Positions 46,155 through 55,118 of a stretch of DNA of 64,000 nucleotides are shown one piece after another; the first letter of the stretch is position 1, and every line of letters starts with the position of its first letter. The DNA lies in contig CAVVXN010000005.1 of assembly GCA_963752285.1 (NCBI GenBank), positions 1,248,001-1,312,000 on the forward strand, read 5' to 3'. Both the position numbers and the translations under genes were made by a program. This DNA comes from an uncultured Planctomycetota bacterium (GTDB lineage: Bacteria; Planctomycetota; PLA2; JAEUHO01). Under the pieces are notes generated by a model. That model was given only the letters and a program-made list of their open reading frames with translations, did no database searches and had not been told where the DNA came from.

Positions 46155-47378
46155 CTAGCCGCCGCCCCCCGTGTTCAGGTACCGCGCGTTCCGCCGGATC
46201 TTGGGATCCCGCGGGTCCACCACGTACGTGATGCGGGTGCCGTGACGGTCGATCACGACCGTCACGCTGGCGACGTCCGGCTTGGACTTGACCATGCCCT
46301 GGACGATGTTCACCGCGTCGCTCCGCGTGGCCACCGGCTGGCCGTCGATCGAGACGAGGACGTCGCCCCGGCGGATGTCGAACTTGGAGGCGGGGCTGTC
46401 GGGCGTCATGCCCGTGATCTGCAGCCCAACGACCCGGCCCTGCGGGTCCCGGTACGTCTGCGTGGTCACCGTGTTCGCGATCGAGTCGGCGTCGTGCTGC
46501 CGGAAGTAGTCGTACGAGCTGTCGTCGTCGAAGCTGACCCGCCTCTCGGTGCGGCTCGGCTCCTCGATCTTGAGCTTCACGTCCTCGAACTTCACCGGCG
46601 CGGACGGGTCGGCCGACGAGGGGGCCGGCTCGCCCACCGTGGACGCGACCGCCCCGCCGCCGTTCCCGGCCCCGGGGGTCGGCGCCGCGGCGGCCACCCG
46701 GACCTTGCCCTGGAGCTCGTCGGGGAGCGCGAGCGCCGGCTTGTGGTCGTAGGCGTATACGGCCTGCTTCTCGGGCGGCTTGTCCGGGTCGGGGTAGACG
46801 TCGTAGACGATCTCGTAGACGTCGTCTCCACGCGCCCGGATGTCCACGAGCTTGAGCGACCCCGGCTCGGTCTTCTTGGCCCGGATCCAGTCGCCCGGAT
46901 GGAACTCGGCGATCGTCTCCTGGCCGCCGCCGGTGAACTTCCACTGCAGCACCGAGAGGCGGGCCACCTCGCCCTCCTTCTCGGGCGGGATGTACGCGAT
47001 GCTGTTCACGGCGCCCAGCTTCTCGAGCGCGCTCACGACCGGCGCTTTCGTGGCCTCCGGCTTCGGCGCCTCGGGCGGCGCCGGGGGGAGGCCCCCGGAG
47101 TAGAGCCACCACCACCGCTCGTTCCCCCGGCGGAACTGCGGCTGGTCGATCTCGTCGAGCTCCTTCTGGGAGACCGGCGGCTTCAGGGCGTTCTGGTTGG
47201 CCGCGGGCTTCTGGGTGAACTGTTCGATCGCCTTCTGGGGGAAGGCCGGGGCCAGGAAGGAGGGGTCGCCGATCGCCTTCCGCACGTCCAGGAAGTACCA
47301 GGCGCCCACACCGAGCAGTCCGACGCCGAGCAGGAAGTCCAGAAACCAGAGCAGGCGTCGCTGGCCGTGCGCCCTCAT
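46155..47378 (-). CDS. Bitopic membrane protein with C-terminal PDZ, GspC-like
   Basis: N-terminal TM, periplasmic region, then YRDPQGRVVGLQITGMTPDSPASKFDIRRGDVLVSIDG (GspC-type PDZ context); lies next to pilT. Confidence 0.65.
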   Translation of the reverse strand: MRAHGQRRLLWFLDFLLGVGLLGVGAWYFLDVRKAIGDPSFLAPAFPQKAIEQFTQKPAANQNALKPPVSQKELDEIDQPQFRRGNERWWWLYSGGLPPAPPEAPKPEATKAPVVSALEKLGAVNSIAYIPPEKEGEVARLSVLQWKFTGGGQETIAEFHPGDWIRAKKTEPGSLKLVDIRARGDDVYEIVYDVYPDPDKPPEKQAVYAYDHKPALALPDELQGKVRVAAAAPTPGAGNGGGAVASTVGEPAPSSADPSAPVKFEDVKLKIEEPSRTERRVSFDDDSSYDYFRQHDADSIANTVTTQTYRDPQGRVVGLQITGMTPDSPASKFDIRRGDVLVSIDGQPVATRSDAVNIVQGMVKSKPDVASVTVVIDRHGTRITYVVDPRDPKIRRNARYLNTGGGG

Positions 47379-47413
47379 GGGAGCTCCTCGCGGTGCGGAT
47401 CGCTCCCCTTAGA

Positions 47414-48580
47414 CTAGCGGCCGAAGCGGGTGATTCCCGGAATCTCGCGGCCGGAAGACGGCCTCGGCGCGGCCTCGGCGTACGTCGCCTCGATCGTGCT
47501 CACGCCCTTCGTGATGCCCCTCAGGGCGAGCTTCAGCTCGTCCGGGCTGTCGGCGGCCGCCATCGCGTCCTCGACATCGATGAGCCCGTCCCGGACCAAT
47601 CCGACCAGCGACTGGTTGAAGGTCTGGGTCCCGTAGTACTCGTACCCCTCCTCGAGCGCCTCGGGCAGCTCGCGGGTCCGACCCTCGACGATCATCTCCT
47701 TCACCGTCGGCGTGCCGATCAGGACCTCGACGGCCGGTACGCGACCCGCGGTCGTGCGGCGCGTGATCAAGCGCTGGCTCACGACACCCTCGAGTACGAG
47801 GCCGAGCTGGAGGCGGACGGTCGCGTGCTGGTACGGGGGGAAGAAGGAGATGATCCGCTCCACGGTCTGGACGGCGTTCACCGTGTGCAGGGTGGCCAGC
47901 ACCAGGTGTCCCGTCTCGGCGGCCATGAGTGCCGCGGAGACGGTCTCGAGGTCCCGCATCTCCCCCACCAGGATGACGTCGGGCGTCTGCCGGACCACGG
48001 CCTTCAGCGCCGTGTGGTAGTCCTCGGTGTCGATCCCGATCTCGCGCTGCGTGATCACGCTGCGCTCGTCCTTGAAGACGAACTCGATCGGGTCCTCGAT
48101 GGTGACGACGTGCCGCTGCGTGCAGCGGTTCACGTGGGCGATCATGGCGGCGAGGCTCGTGCTCTTGCCCGAACCCGCGACGCCGGTCACCAAGACCAGC
48201 CCGCGCTGGAGCAGCGCGAGCCGTTGGAGCGGACCCGCGGGGAGGTGGAGGTCCTCCATGCTCGGCACGCTCTCTTTGACGTACCGGAACACGAAGGCCA
48301 TCCGCCGGCGTTGCTGGAGCACGTTCGTGCGGAACCGGCCCACGCCCGGCACGACGATCGCCGTGTCCTTCTCGTGCACGTTCCTGAACGACTGGATGTC
48401 CTCGGGCTCGAGGATCGACTCGAGCAGGTTCTGGGCCTGCTCCTCGGTGAAGAGGTCGTCCGAGAGGAACCGCACCTTGCCCTCCACGCGGACCGCGGGG
48501 CGGTGCCCCGTGCGGAGGATCAGGTCGGAGGCCTGCTCCTTCACCATCTCGCGGAAGTAGGCGAGGACTTCGTCGTTCAT
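47414..48580 (-). CDS. pilT: PilT/PilU-family type IV pilus retraction ATPase
   Basis: ASDLIL, GRFRTN, GVAGSGKST, TIEDPIE, QREIG.DT, PDVILVGEMRD, AETGHLVLATLHT, QTFNQSL. Confidence 0.92.
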   Translation of the reverse strand: MNDEVLAYFREMVKEQASDLILRTGHRPAVRVEGKVRFLSDDLFTEEQAQNLLESILEPEDIQSFRNVHEKDTAIVVPGVGRFRTNVLQQRRRMAFVFRYVKESVPSMEDLHLPAGPLQRLALLQRGLVLVTGVAGSGKSTSLAAMIAHVNRCTQRHVVTIEDPIEFVFKDERSVITQREIGIDTEDYHTALKAVVRQTPDVILVGEMRDLETVSAALMAAETGHLVLATLHTVNAVQTVERIISFFPPYQHATVRLQLGLVLEGVVSQRLITRRTTAGRVPAVEVLIGTPTVKEMIVEGRTRELPEALEEGYEYYGTQTFNQSLVGLVRDGLIDVEDAMAAADSPDELKLALRGITKGVSTIEATYAEAAPRPSSGREIPGITRFGR

Positions 48581-49665
48581 GCTCCCGTCCGTTCCGCCCC
48601 CCTTTCCTCCTCCGGCGAGGCGGGCCCCAGCCGGCGCGGGGGCTCGGGCGGCGCGGGGGCGGACCCGAGCGTCCGCCCGATCGCCGCGAGGAGGGCCGGG
48701 AGGCCCTCCCCCGTGACGGCGGAGATGGGGTGCACCTCCCTATCGGCCGAGCGGGAGAGGCGGCTCAAGGCCGCCGCCCGGTCGCCCGGGGCGAGCGCGT
48801 CCACCTTCGTGCCGACCACGATCTCGGGCCGCTCGGCGAGCCCGTGCCCGTGGGCCCCGAGCTCGGCCCGGACCTGCCGCCACGCCCGCCCCGGGTCGTC
48901 CTCGCTCGGCGTGGCGAGGTCCACGAGATGCACCAGGACGCGGGTCCGCTCGACGTGCCGGAGGAACCGATGGCCGAGGCCGTGGCCCTCGTGGGCGCCC
49001 TCGATCAGGCCCGGCAGGTCGGCGAGCACCACGCGGCGGCCGTCGCCCAGGTCGAGGATCCCGAGGTGAGGCGAGAGCGTCGTGAAGGGCCACGCGCCGA
49101 TCCTCGGCCGCGCGCGCGTGAGGCGCGAGAGCAGGGTGCTCTTGCCGGCGTTCGGGAGCCCGACGAGGCCGACGTCCGCGAGGAGCCGGAGCTCCAGGCG
49201 CAGGCGCCGCTCGCGCCCCTTCTCGCCGAGCTCCCGGCGCATCGGACGCTGCTCCGTCGCGGAGGCGAACCGGGCGTTGCCCCGCCCCCCGTTCCCGCCC
49301 CGGGCGGCGCGCCAGCGCCGGCCGGGCGTGGCGAGGTCCACCAGCCGGCGCCGGGTCGCGAGGTCGTAGACGGAGGTGCCCACGGGAACGCGGACCACCT
49401 TGTCGCGACCGCTCCGTCCCTGGCACTTGTCGGGCCCGCCCCGCTCGCCGTCCTCGGCGGCGGCGAGGTGGATCTCTTCCATGTCGCCGAACGTCGAGAG
49501 CTCGGGGTCCGCGACCAGGTACACGTCGCCGCCCCGGCCGCCGTCCCCGCCGGCGGGGCCACCCCGGGGGACACGGGCCTCGCGCCTCCAGGCGACGATG
49601 CCGTCGCCTCCCGCGCCCGACCGGACGAGCAGGTCGCGCTCGTCTGCGTATCGTTCGTCCGCCAT
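48577..49665 (-). CDS. obgE: GTPase ObgE/CgtA
   Basis: GGPAGGDGGRGG, LELRLLADVGLVGLPNAGKST, PFTTL.P.LG, ADLPGLIEGAH.G.GLG..FL.HVER, TKVD. Confidence 0.95.
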   Translation of the reverse strand: MADERYADERDLLVRSGAGGDGIVAWRREARVPRGGPAGGDGGRGGDVYLVADPELSTFGDMEEIHLAAAEDGERGGPDKCQGRSGRDKVVRVPVGTSVYDLATRRRLVDLATPGRRWRAARGGNGGRGNARFASATEQRPMRRELGEKGRERRLRLELRLLADVGLVGLPNAGKSTLLSRLTRARPRIGAWPFTTLSPHLGILDLGDGRRVVLADLPGLIEGAHEGHGLGHRFLRHVERTRVLVHLVDLATPSEDDPGRAWRQVRAELGAHGHGLAERPEIVVGTKVDALAPGDRAAALSRLSRSADREVHPISAVTGEGLPALLAAIGRTLGSAPAPPEPPRRLGPASPEEERGAERTGA

Positions 49666-49708
49666 GGCGGGGCGCGACGGGCGGGGTGGCCCGGCGCGTC
49701 CTTCGCCG

Positions 49709-49960
49709 TCACGCCCGGACGGCGGGACGGACGTGGACGGTGCGGTTCGGACGGTACTCCACCACGCCCTCGGTGAGCGCGAAGAGGGTGAAGTCCCGAC
49801 CCATGCCGACGTTGTGTCCGGGACGAAGACGCGACCCCACCTGACGCACCAGGATGTTTCCCGCAGCGACCCGTTCACCGGCGAAGCGCTTCACGCCGCG
49901 GTACTGCGGGTTGCTGTCGCGGCCGTTGCGCGTCGAGCCCTGGCCCTTCTTGTGTGCCAT
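49709..49960 (-). CDS. rpmA: 50S ribosomal protein L27
   Basis: [24 protein letters not shown]. Confidence 0.98.
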   Translation of the reverse strand: MAHKKGQGSTRNGRDSNPQYRGVKRFAGERVAAGNILVRQVGSRLRPGHNVGMGRDFTLFALTEGVVEYRPNRTVHVRPAVRA

Positions 49961-49973
49961 GTCGCGCTCCCCT

Positions 49974-50285
49974 CTACCCGGCGATGCCGACGACGCGCAC
50001 GTCCGTGTAGCGCTGGCGGTGACCCTGCTTCTTCCGATAGCCCTTGCGGCGCTTCTTCTTGAAGACGATCACCTTCTTGTCCTTGACCTCGCCGAGGACG
50101 GTGGCCTCGACCTTCACGCCCTCGACGACGGGCGCGCCGGCGCGAATCCCGTCGTCGCCCGACACGAGGAGGACGCGGTCGAACACGACGGTCTCCCCGG
50201 GGCGCTCGGGCCGGAGGTCGAGGCGGACCCGCACCCCCGGCGCTACGAAGTACTGCCTTCCGCGATCGCTGATGACGGCGTACAT
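49974..50285 (-). CDS. rplU: 50S ribosomal protein L21
   Basis: [12 protein letters not shown]...[21 protein letters not shown]. Confidence 0.97.
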   Translation of the reverse strand: MYAVISDRGRQYFVAPGVRVRLDLRPERPGETVVFDRVLLVSGDDGIRAGAPVVEGVKVEATVLGEVKDKKVIVFKKKRRKGYRKKQGHRQRYTDVRVVGIAG

Positions 50286-50406
50286 GGTTCGGTTCCCTGG
50301 GCGCCGGGCTCGTTTCGCGCCCACGCGGTCGAGCGAAGCAGGGTAGCGCCCCCCGCGGGGGCTCCCAAGCCCATTCCCGGCCCCGCGGGGCCCCGCGGGC
50401 CTCCCC

Positions 50407-52716
50407 TCAGTGCGTCTCCTCGCGCCCGGCGGGCGGGAGGCCCTTCATCGCCCAGCCGTCCGCCGCGAGGCGGTCGTCGATCTCCACCCGGACGGAGCCG
50501 GACGCGCTCGCCTCGATCTCCCTCAGGAGCGCCGCCCGGTGGCGGAGGATCCACTCGCGGACGGCCCTCGGCAGGCGCACCTCGAGCCCGCCGCGTCCCC
50601 GGGACCGCGCGATGCGCGCCTGCATCTCGCGCAGCACGCGCAGGCCGAGGCCGGCCGGGTGGCGGCGACGTCCCGTGCCCCCGCACTCCGGGCACTCCGC
50701 GTGGGTCACGCGCGAGAGCGCCTGACGGACGCGCTGGCGCGAGAGCATGATGCAGCCGAACGGCCCGATCCGGCCGAGGCGGATCCGCGCGCGGTCCCGG
50801 GCGAGCGCCTGCTGGAAGGCCTTCTCGACGCTCTTGACCGCCCGGTGGCTCCGCATGTCGATCAGGTCCACGACGACCAGGCCGCCGAGGTCCCGGAGCC
50901 GGAGCTGCCGCGCGACCTCGTCCACGGCCTCCAGGTTCGTGTGGAGCGCGGTCGCCTCCGGGTCGGTCTCCTCGGTGAACCGGCCCGAGTTCACGTCGAT
51001 CGACACGAGCGCCTCGGTCGGGTCGATCACGATCGACCCGCCGCTCGGGAGCCGGAGCGAGCGGCGGAACGCCTCCTCGAGCTGCGACTCCACGTCGTAC
51101 GCGTGGAAGAGGGGCATCGGGTCGTCGGGGACGGCGACCTCGGGCATCGCGCGGACGACGGACGCCGGCGGCTCGACGGGCTCCGCCGCCGCCGCCTCCG
51201 CGGGCTCCGCGGACTCCGCGGGGAGCGAGGTCTCCTCGCCGTAGAGACGCGGCCGGGGAATCGGCCCGTACCACGCGCCGAGCAGGCTCCGGATGCGCGC
51301 CGCGAGGTCCTCGCGGTCCACGACGATCCGCACCGCGTCGGTCGGCATGATGTCGCGGATGGCGCGTTCGGCGACGTCGCTCTCCGAGCGCAGCAACGAC
51401 GGCGGCCCGCCCTGCGCCGCGAGCACCTCGAGGCGCCGCCACTCCTGCACGAGGTGGTCGAGGTCGCGCTTCAGGTCCTCGTACGTGCCCTCCTCGCCGG
51501 CCGTCCGGACGATGAGGCCCATGCCCTCGGGGACCTCGAGCTTCGCGAGGTTCTGTCGCACGCGGTCCCGCACCTCGCCGCGGCCGATCCGGCGCGACAC
51601 GCCCGACCGCGGGCTCAACGGCATCAGGACCAGGTACCGGCCGGGCAGCGCGATCCGCGCCGTGAGCGCAGGCCCCTTCTTGCCGATGCTGTCCCGCGTG
51701 ACTTGGACCAGCACCTCCTGCCCCGGCGAGAGGAGGTCGGTGATCGAGGAGCCGGGCTCTCGGTTCGGGAGGTCGGAGACGTGGAGGAACCCCGTGAGGC
51801 TCCGGCCGAGGTCCACGAACGCCGCGCCGATGCCCTGCTCGACGTTCTGGACGTGCCCCCGATACACGTTGCCGGTCGCGGAACGCTCGTCCGCGCCCTC
51901 GACGTAGAGCTCCTCGACCTTCCCGTTCTCGAGGAGCGCGATGCGGACCTCCTCGGGGTCCTTCGCGTTCACGAGCAGGACCTTCTCGACCGGCGTCTCC
52001 GGCTTCGGCGCCTTCGCCGCGCTCGACGCGGTGACCTCGACCGTCTCCTGGTCGCGCGACTCCCGGGTGCGGCGCCCGCGCCGGGCCGGCCGCTCCTCGC
52101 GGTCGCGCCGGGCCGGTCGCTCCTCGCGCTCGCGCCGGGCGCGGCGACGGCGCGGGCCGCCCTCCTTCTCCTCCTCGGCGCCCTTCGCCCGCCCCCCGTC
52201 TCCCCGCCCGACCTCGTCCGAACCCGCCTCGAGGGCGCCGCCCTCGGCGTCCGGCGACGCCGCGCTCTCTTCCGTCGCCGAACCGGCGCCCTTGCGCTTG
52301 CGGCGTCCGCGGCGCGAGGTGCGTCCGCGCTTCGTACGCCGGCGTGAGCGGCCCTCGCGCCCCGCGCCCGCGTCCTCCGCCGCGTTCACTGCGTCCGGCG
52401 CGTCCACCGCGTCCGCCGTGGCGGGGGCCCCGGCCGCGCCCGTCGCCTCGGCCGACGACGGCGACACCTCCTGCGCTTCGTCCGCCGCGCCCCCGCGCGC
52501 GGCGCGGCGCCGTCGGCGCGGGCGACGGCGGCGCTTCGAGGTCTCGTCGGCGGCCTCGTCCGGGGCGGCGTTCGCGCGCTCCCCGCCGCCGCCGGCCGTT
52601 CCCTCGTCGCCGCCTTCGCGCGACCGGCGGCGCGTGCGCCGCCGTCGCTTCGTGGATCCCTCCGCCCCGGCCGGCGCCTCGGCGGCGTCCGGCTCCGTGC
52701 CCTCGTCCGGCTGCAT
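50407..52716 (-). CDS. rne: Rne/Rng-family ribonuclease with long Arg/Glu-rich N-terminal extension
   Basis: [73 protein letters not shown]. Confidence 0.92.
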   Translation of the reverse strand: MQPDEGTEPDAAEAPAGAEGSTKRRRRTRRRSREGGDEGTAGGGGERANAAPDEAADETSKRRRRPRRRRRAARGGAADEAQEVSPSSAEATGAAGAPATADAVDAPDAVNAAEDAGAGREGRSRRRTKRGRTSRRGRRKRKGAGSATEESAASPDAEGGALEAGSDEVGRGDGGRAKGAEEEKEGGPRRRRARREREERPARRDREERPARRGRRTRESRDQETVEVTASSAAKAPKPETPVEKVLLVNAKDPEEVRIALLENGKVEELYVEGADERSATGNVYRGHVQNVEQGIGAAFVDLGRSLTGFLHVSDLPNREPGSSITDLLSPGQEVLVQVTRDSIGKKGPALTARIALPGRYLVLMPLSPRSGVSRRIGRGEVRDRVRQNLAKLEVPEGMGLIVRTAGEEGTYEDLKRDLDHLVQEWRRLEVLAAQGGPPSLLRSESDVAERAIRDIMPTDAVRIVVDREDLAARIRSLLGAWYGPIPRPRLYGEETSLPAESAEPAEAAAAEPVEPPASVVRAMPEVAVPDDPMPLFHAYDVESQLEEAFRRSLRLPSGGSIVIDPTEALVSIDVNSGRFTEETDPEATALHTNLEAVDEVARQLRLRDLGGLVVVDLIDMRSHRAVKSVEKAFQQALARDRARIRLGRIGPFGCIMLSRQRVRQALSRVTHAECPECGGTGRRRHPAGLGLRVLREMQARIARSRGRGGLEVRLPRAVREWILRHRAALLREIEASASGSVRVEIDDRLAADGWAMKGLPPAGREETH

Positions 52717-52752
52717 GGCGGCGGAGGCTACCACCCGCCCGCGGGAACGAAA

Positions 52753-52783
52753 GTCGCCCCGCGGGCAGATCCCGCGGGGCGAC
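52753..52783 (-). terminator. Intrinsic terminator after the secretin gene
   Basis: gtcgccccgcggg-cagat-cccgcggggcgac (13-bp stem) followed on the minus strand by TTTCGTT. Confidence 0.75.
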
Positions 52784-52810
52784 GGCACATCGGGGTTCGC
52801 CGGTCTCGGA

Positions 52811-54808
52811 TCAGCGCGAGGGCGCCATCGGCATCGGCGGCGTCGGCGCAGGCGCCGGCGTCGGTGCCGCGGCCGGCCGGGGACCGCTCGGCGGAGCGCA
52901 GGGCGTGTAGCGCGGCTGACACGGCCCGAGGGGGAAGTCCCCGGCCGCGTGCCCGTACAGGTCGCTCCACTCGGTCGCGACCGTCGAGGCGCGCCCGGCG
53001 AGCTCGTCCGAGATCGTGCAGTTCGCCGCGTCGGAGCCCTTGAGGATCCTCGGCGTGATCGTGATCAGGAGGTGCTGCCGGTTCTTCGTGTGCGACTTGC
53101 CCTGGAAGAGCATCCCGAGCACCGGGATGTCGCCGAGGAGCGGCAGGTGGTCCACGGAGTCCCGCACCTGGTCCTCCAAGAGGCCGCCGATCACGGCCGT
53201 CTCGCCGTCCCTCAGGATCATCGCGGTCTTCATGGTGGACGTCTGGATGCGCGGAAGGTCGATCGTCTGACCGGAGACCGTGATGCGCTCGAACCCGATG
53301 ATCGGGCTCGTGGTCCCGTTCAGCGCGCTGCGCTGCGGGATCACCGTCATCAGGATCTTGCCCTCGCCGCGGATCACGTTCGGGATGATCAGGAGCTGGA
53401 AGCCGACGTTCACGGGGCTGTTCGGGTCCTCCTCGACGGAGAACGCGAGGCCGCCGTTCTGGTTCGTCGCCGCCGTGGACCGCGCGTACGGCACGGAGTC
53501 GCCGATGAAGATCGTCGCCTCCTGGTTGTCGAGCGCGAGGAGCTTCGGCGCCTGGACGATCCGGGTGCTCGTGTCCCGCTGCAGGGCCTGGAAGAACACG
53601 TCGGTCTGGCTCGTCGTCAGCGCGCCGTAGTTGAACGCGCTGCCCGCCGGCGAGGGGAACGCCGTCCCCGTGATCGCCTCGGCGAGGTCGCCCGTGCCGC
53701 CGCCCGCGTTGAACGGGAGCATGTGGATGATGTCCGAGCCCTGGAAGCCGACGCGCACGCCGTTCTCGCCGGCGTTGAGCCCGAGGTTCAACGCGTCGTC
53801 GCACGACGTGATGATGAAGTTCATGTCGATGAAGATCTGCGGCGGCTCGACGTCGAGCTCGCGCAGCATGTCGCGCACGTGGTTCAGCTTCGGCCGCGTG
53901 CCGATGCAGACGAGCGCGTTCTGCGACGCGATGTAGCGGACGTCGCCGTTCTCCTCCGCGACCACCTGGCGGAGCGCCTGGATGATCGGGAAGTTCTGCT
54001 CGAGCTCCGTGGGGTTGTCCGAGGGGACGTACACGTTGCTCTGGATGATGTTCGCGCCGGAGCTGCCGCCGCCGCCGCCGCCGGAGGAGCCGCCCGACGA
54101 GCTGGAGCTGCTGCTCGACGAGCTCCCGCCGGAGTTCCCGGACGCCACCACGCCCTTGTACGGAGGCGGCGGCCGCATGTAGCGGAAGCGGTAGTAGGTG
54201 GTCTCGAGCTCGAGCGAGGTCTTCGCGACGACCCGGAGGATGCCATAGTCCTCCTCGACCAGGGCGTAGCCGGCGGTCCGGACCACCTGCTCGAGCGCGG
54301 CGCGCCACGGCACCTCGTTGAGGCTCAGGGTGATCGTGCCCGTCACGTCCTGCGCGACCATGACGCTGGCGGACGAGTAGTCCGCGATCGCCACGATGAC
54401 CTTGCGGACGTCCTCGTCCGTGAACGAGAACGTGACCGGCTGCGGACGCTCGATGCGGAGCAGGTTCGTCGCCTGCCGGACCATCACGCCGCCGATCTTC
54501 TCGACCATCGCGTCGAGGGCCTGGACCCAGTGCAGGTCCACCACCCGCAGCGTGACGCGCTGCTCCGCCGCCTCGGGCGCCACGAAGATGTTGACCGTCG
54601 TGCGCGGCTGGATGCGCTCCGCGACGACCTGGCCGAACACCGCGTCCTGGACGTCGAGGGTGACCCGGCCGTCGCCCACGTCGTACGCCCGGTAGCTGTC
54701 CGGGTCGGCCGCGTCGCCCGCGTGGGCCACGGCTCCGGCGCCGAGGATCCACGCCAGGGCCAGCACTCCGGCGAGCCGCGCGCCCGCCCGACGAACATCA
54801 CGTCCCAT
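52811..54808 (-). CDS. pilQ: Secretin (PilQ/GspD family)
   Basis: Signal peptide; N0-like ITLSLNEVPWRAALE; N3 QNALV...LRELDVEPPQIFID; APKLLALDNQEATIFIG, LRDGETAVIGGL, PLLGDIPVLGMLF, LLITITPRI. Last gene of the pilMNO operon. Confidence 0.9.
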   Translation of the reverse strand: MGRDVRRAGARLAGVLALAWILGAGAVAHAGDAADPDSYRAYDVGDGRVTLDVQDAVFGQVVAERIQPRTTVNIFVAPEAAEQRVTLRVVDLHWVQALDAMVEKIGGVMVRQATNLLRIERPQPVTFSFTDEDVRKVIVAIADYSSASVMVAQDVTGTITLSLNEVPWRAALEQVVRTAGYALVEEDYGILRVVAKTSLELETTYYRFRYMRPPPPYKGVVASGNSGGSSSSSSSSSSGGSSGGGGGGSSGANIIQSNVYVPSDNPTELEQNFPIIQALRQVVAEENGDVRYIASQNALVCIGTRPKLNHVRDMLRELDVEPPQIFIDMNFIITSCDDALNLGLNAGENGVRVGFQGSDIIHMLPFNAGGGTGDLAEAITGTAFPSPAGSAFNYGALTTSQTDVFFQALQRDTSTRIVQAPKLLALDNQEATIFIGDSVPYARSTAATNQNGGLAFSVEEDPNSPVNVGFQLLIIPNVIRGEGKILMTVIPQRSALNGTTSPIIGFERITVSGQTIDLPRIQTSTMKTAMILRDGETAVIGGLLEDQVRDSVDHLPLLGDIPVLGMLFQGKSHTKNRQHLLITITPRILKGSDAANCTISDELAGRASTVATEWSDLYGHAAGDFPLGPCQPRYTPCAPPSGPRPAAAPTPAPAPTPPMPMAPSR

Positions 54809-54861
54809 CGGTCTCCTCCCGTGCGAGGGGACGTCGGACCTGGGGGTCCGGTCTCCTCCCG
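54809..54861 (-). promoter_or_regulatory. Duplicated 13-nt RBS-containing motif in the secretin leader
   Basis: CGGGAGGAGACCG occurs at 54809-54821 (directly before the ATG) and again at 54849-54861. Confidence 0.5.
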
Positions 54862-55118
54862 CTTCTGTGTCGGTCGTCCTCCGCCGCAAGTAAAGCCCAC
54901 GCCGGGGACGCGTCCAAGAGGCGAGACCGGGCCCTGAACGTCGGGCTCACCCAAAACGTCCCGCCGGCGGCCACCCGATGACCGGACGGAGACATTTGCC
55001 CCACCTCGGGCGACGCAACGGTGACATGGCGCGTCGGACGGCGTCTCGCGAAATGCACGGGGCCCGGACGCCTCGTGGCGCCCGGGCCCCGTCGCGACCC
55101 CCGACGTGTCGGGGGCCG

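Noticed and set aside
54060..54135. Ser/Gly low-complexity run in the secretin as a contingency repeat
   Set aside because: Codons are mixed and in frame; it looks like an ordinary flexible loop.
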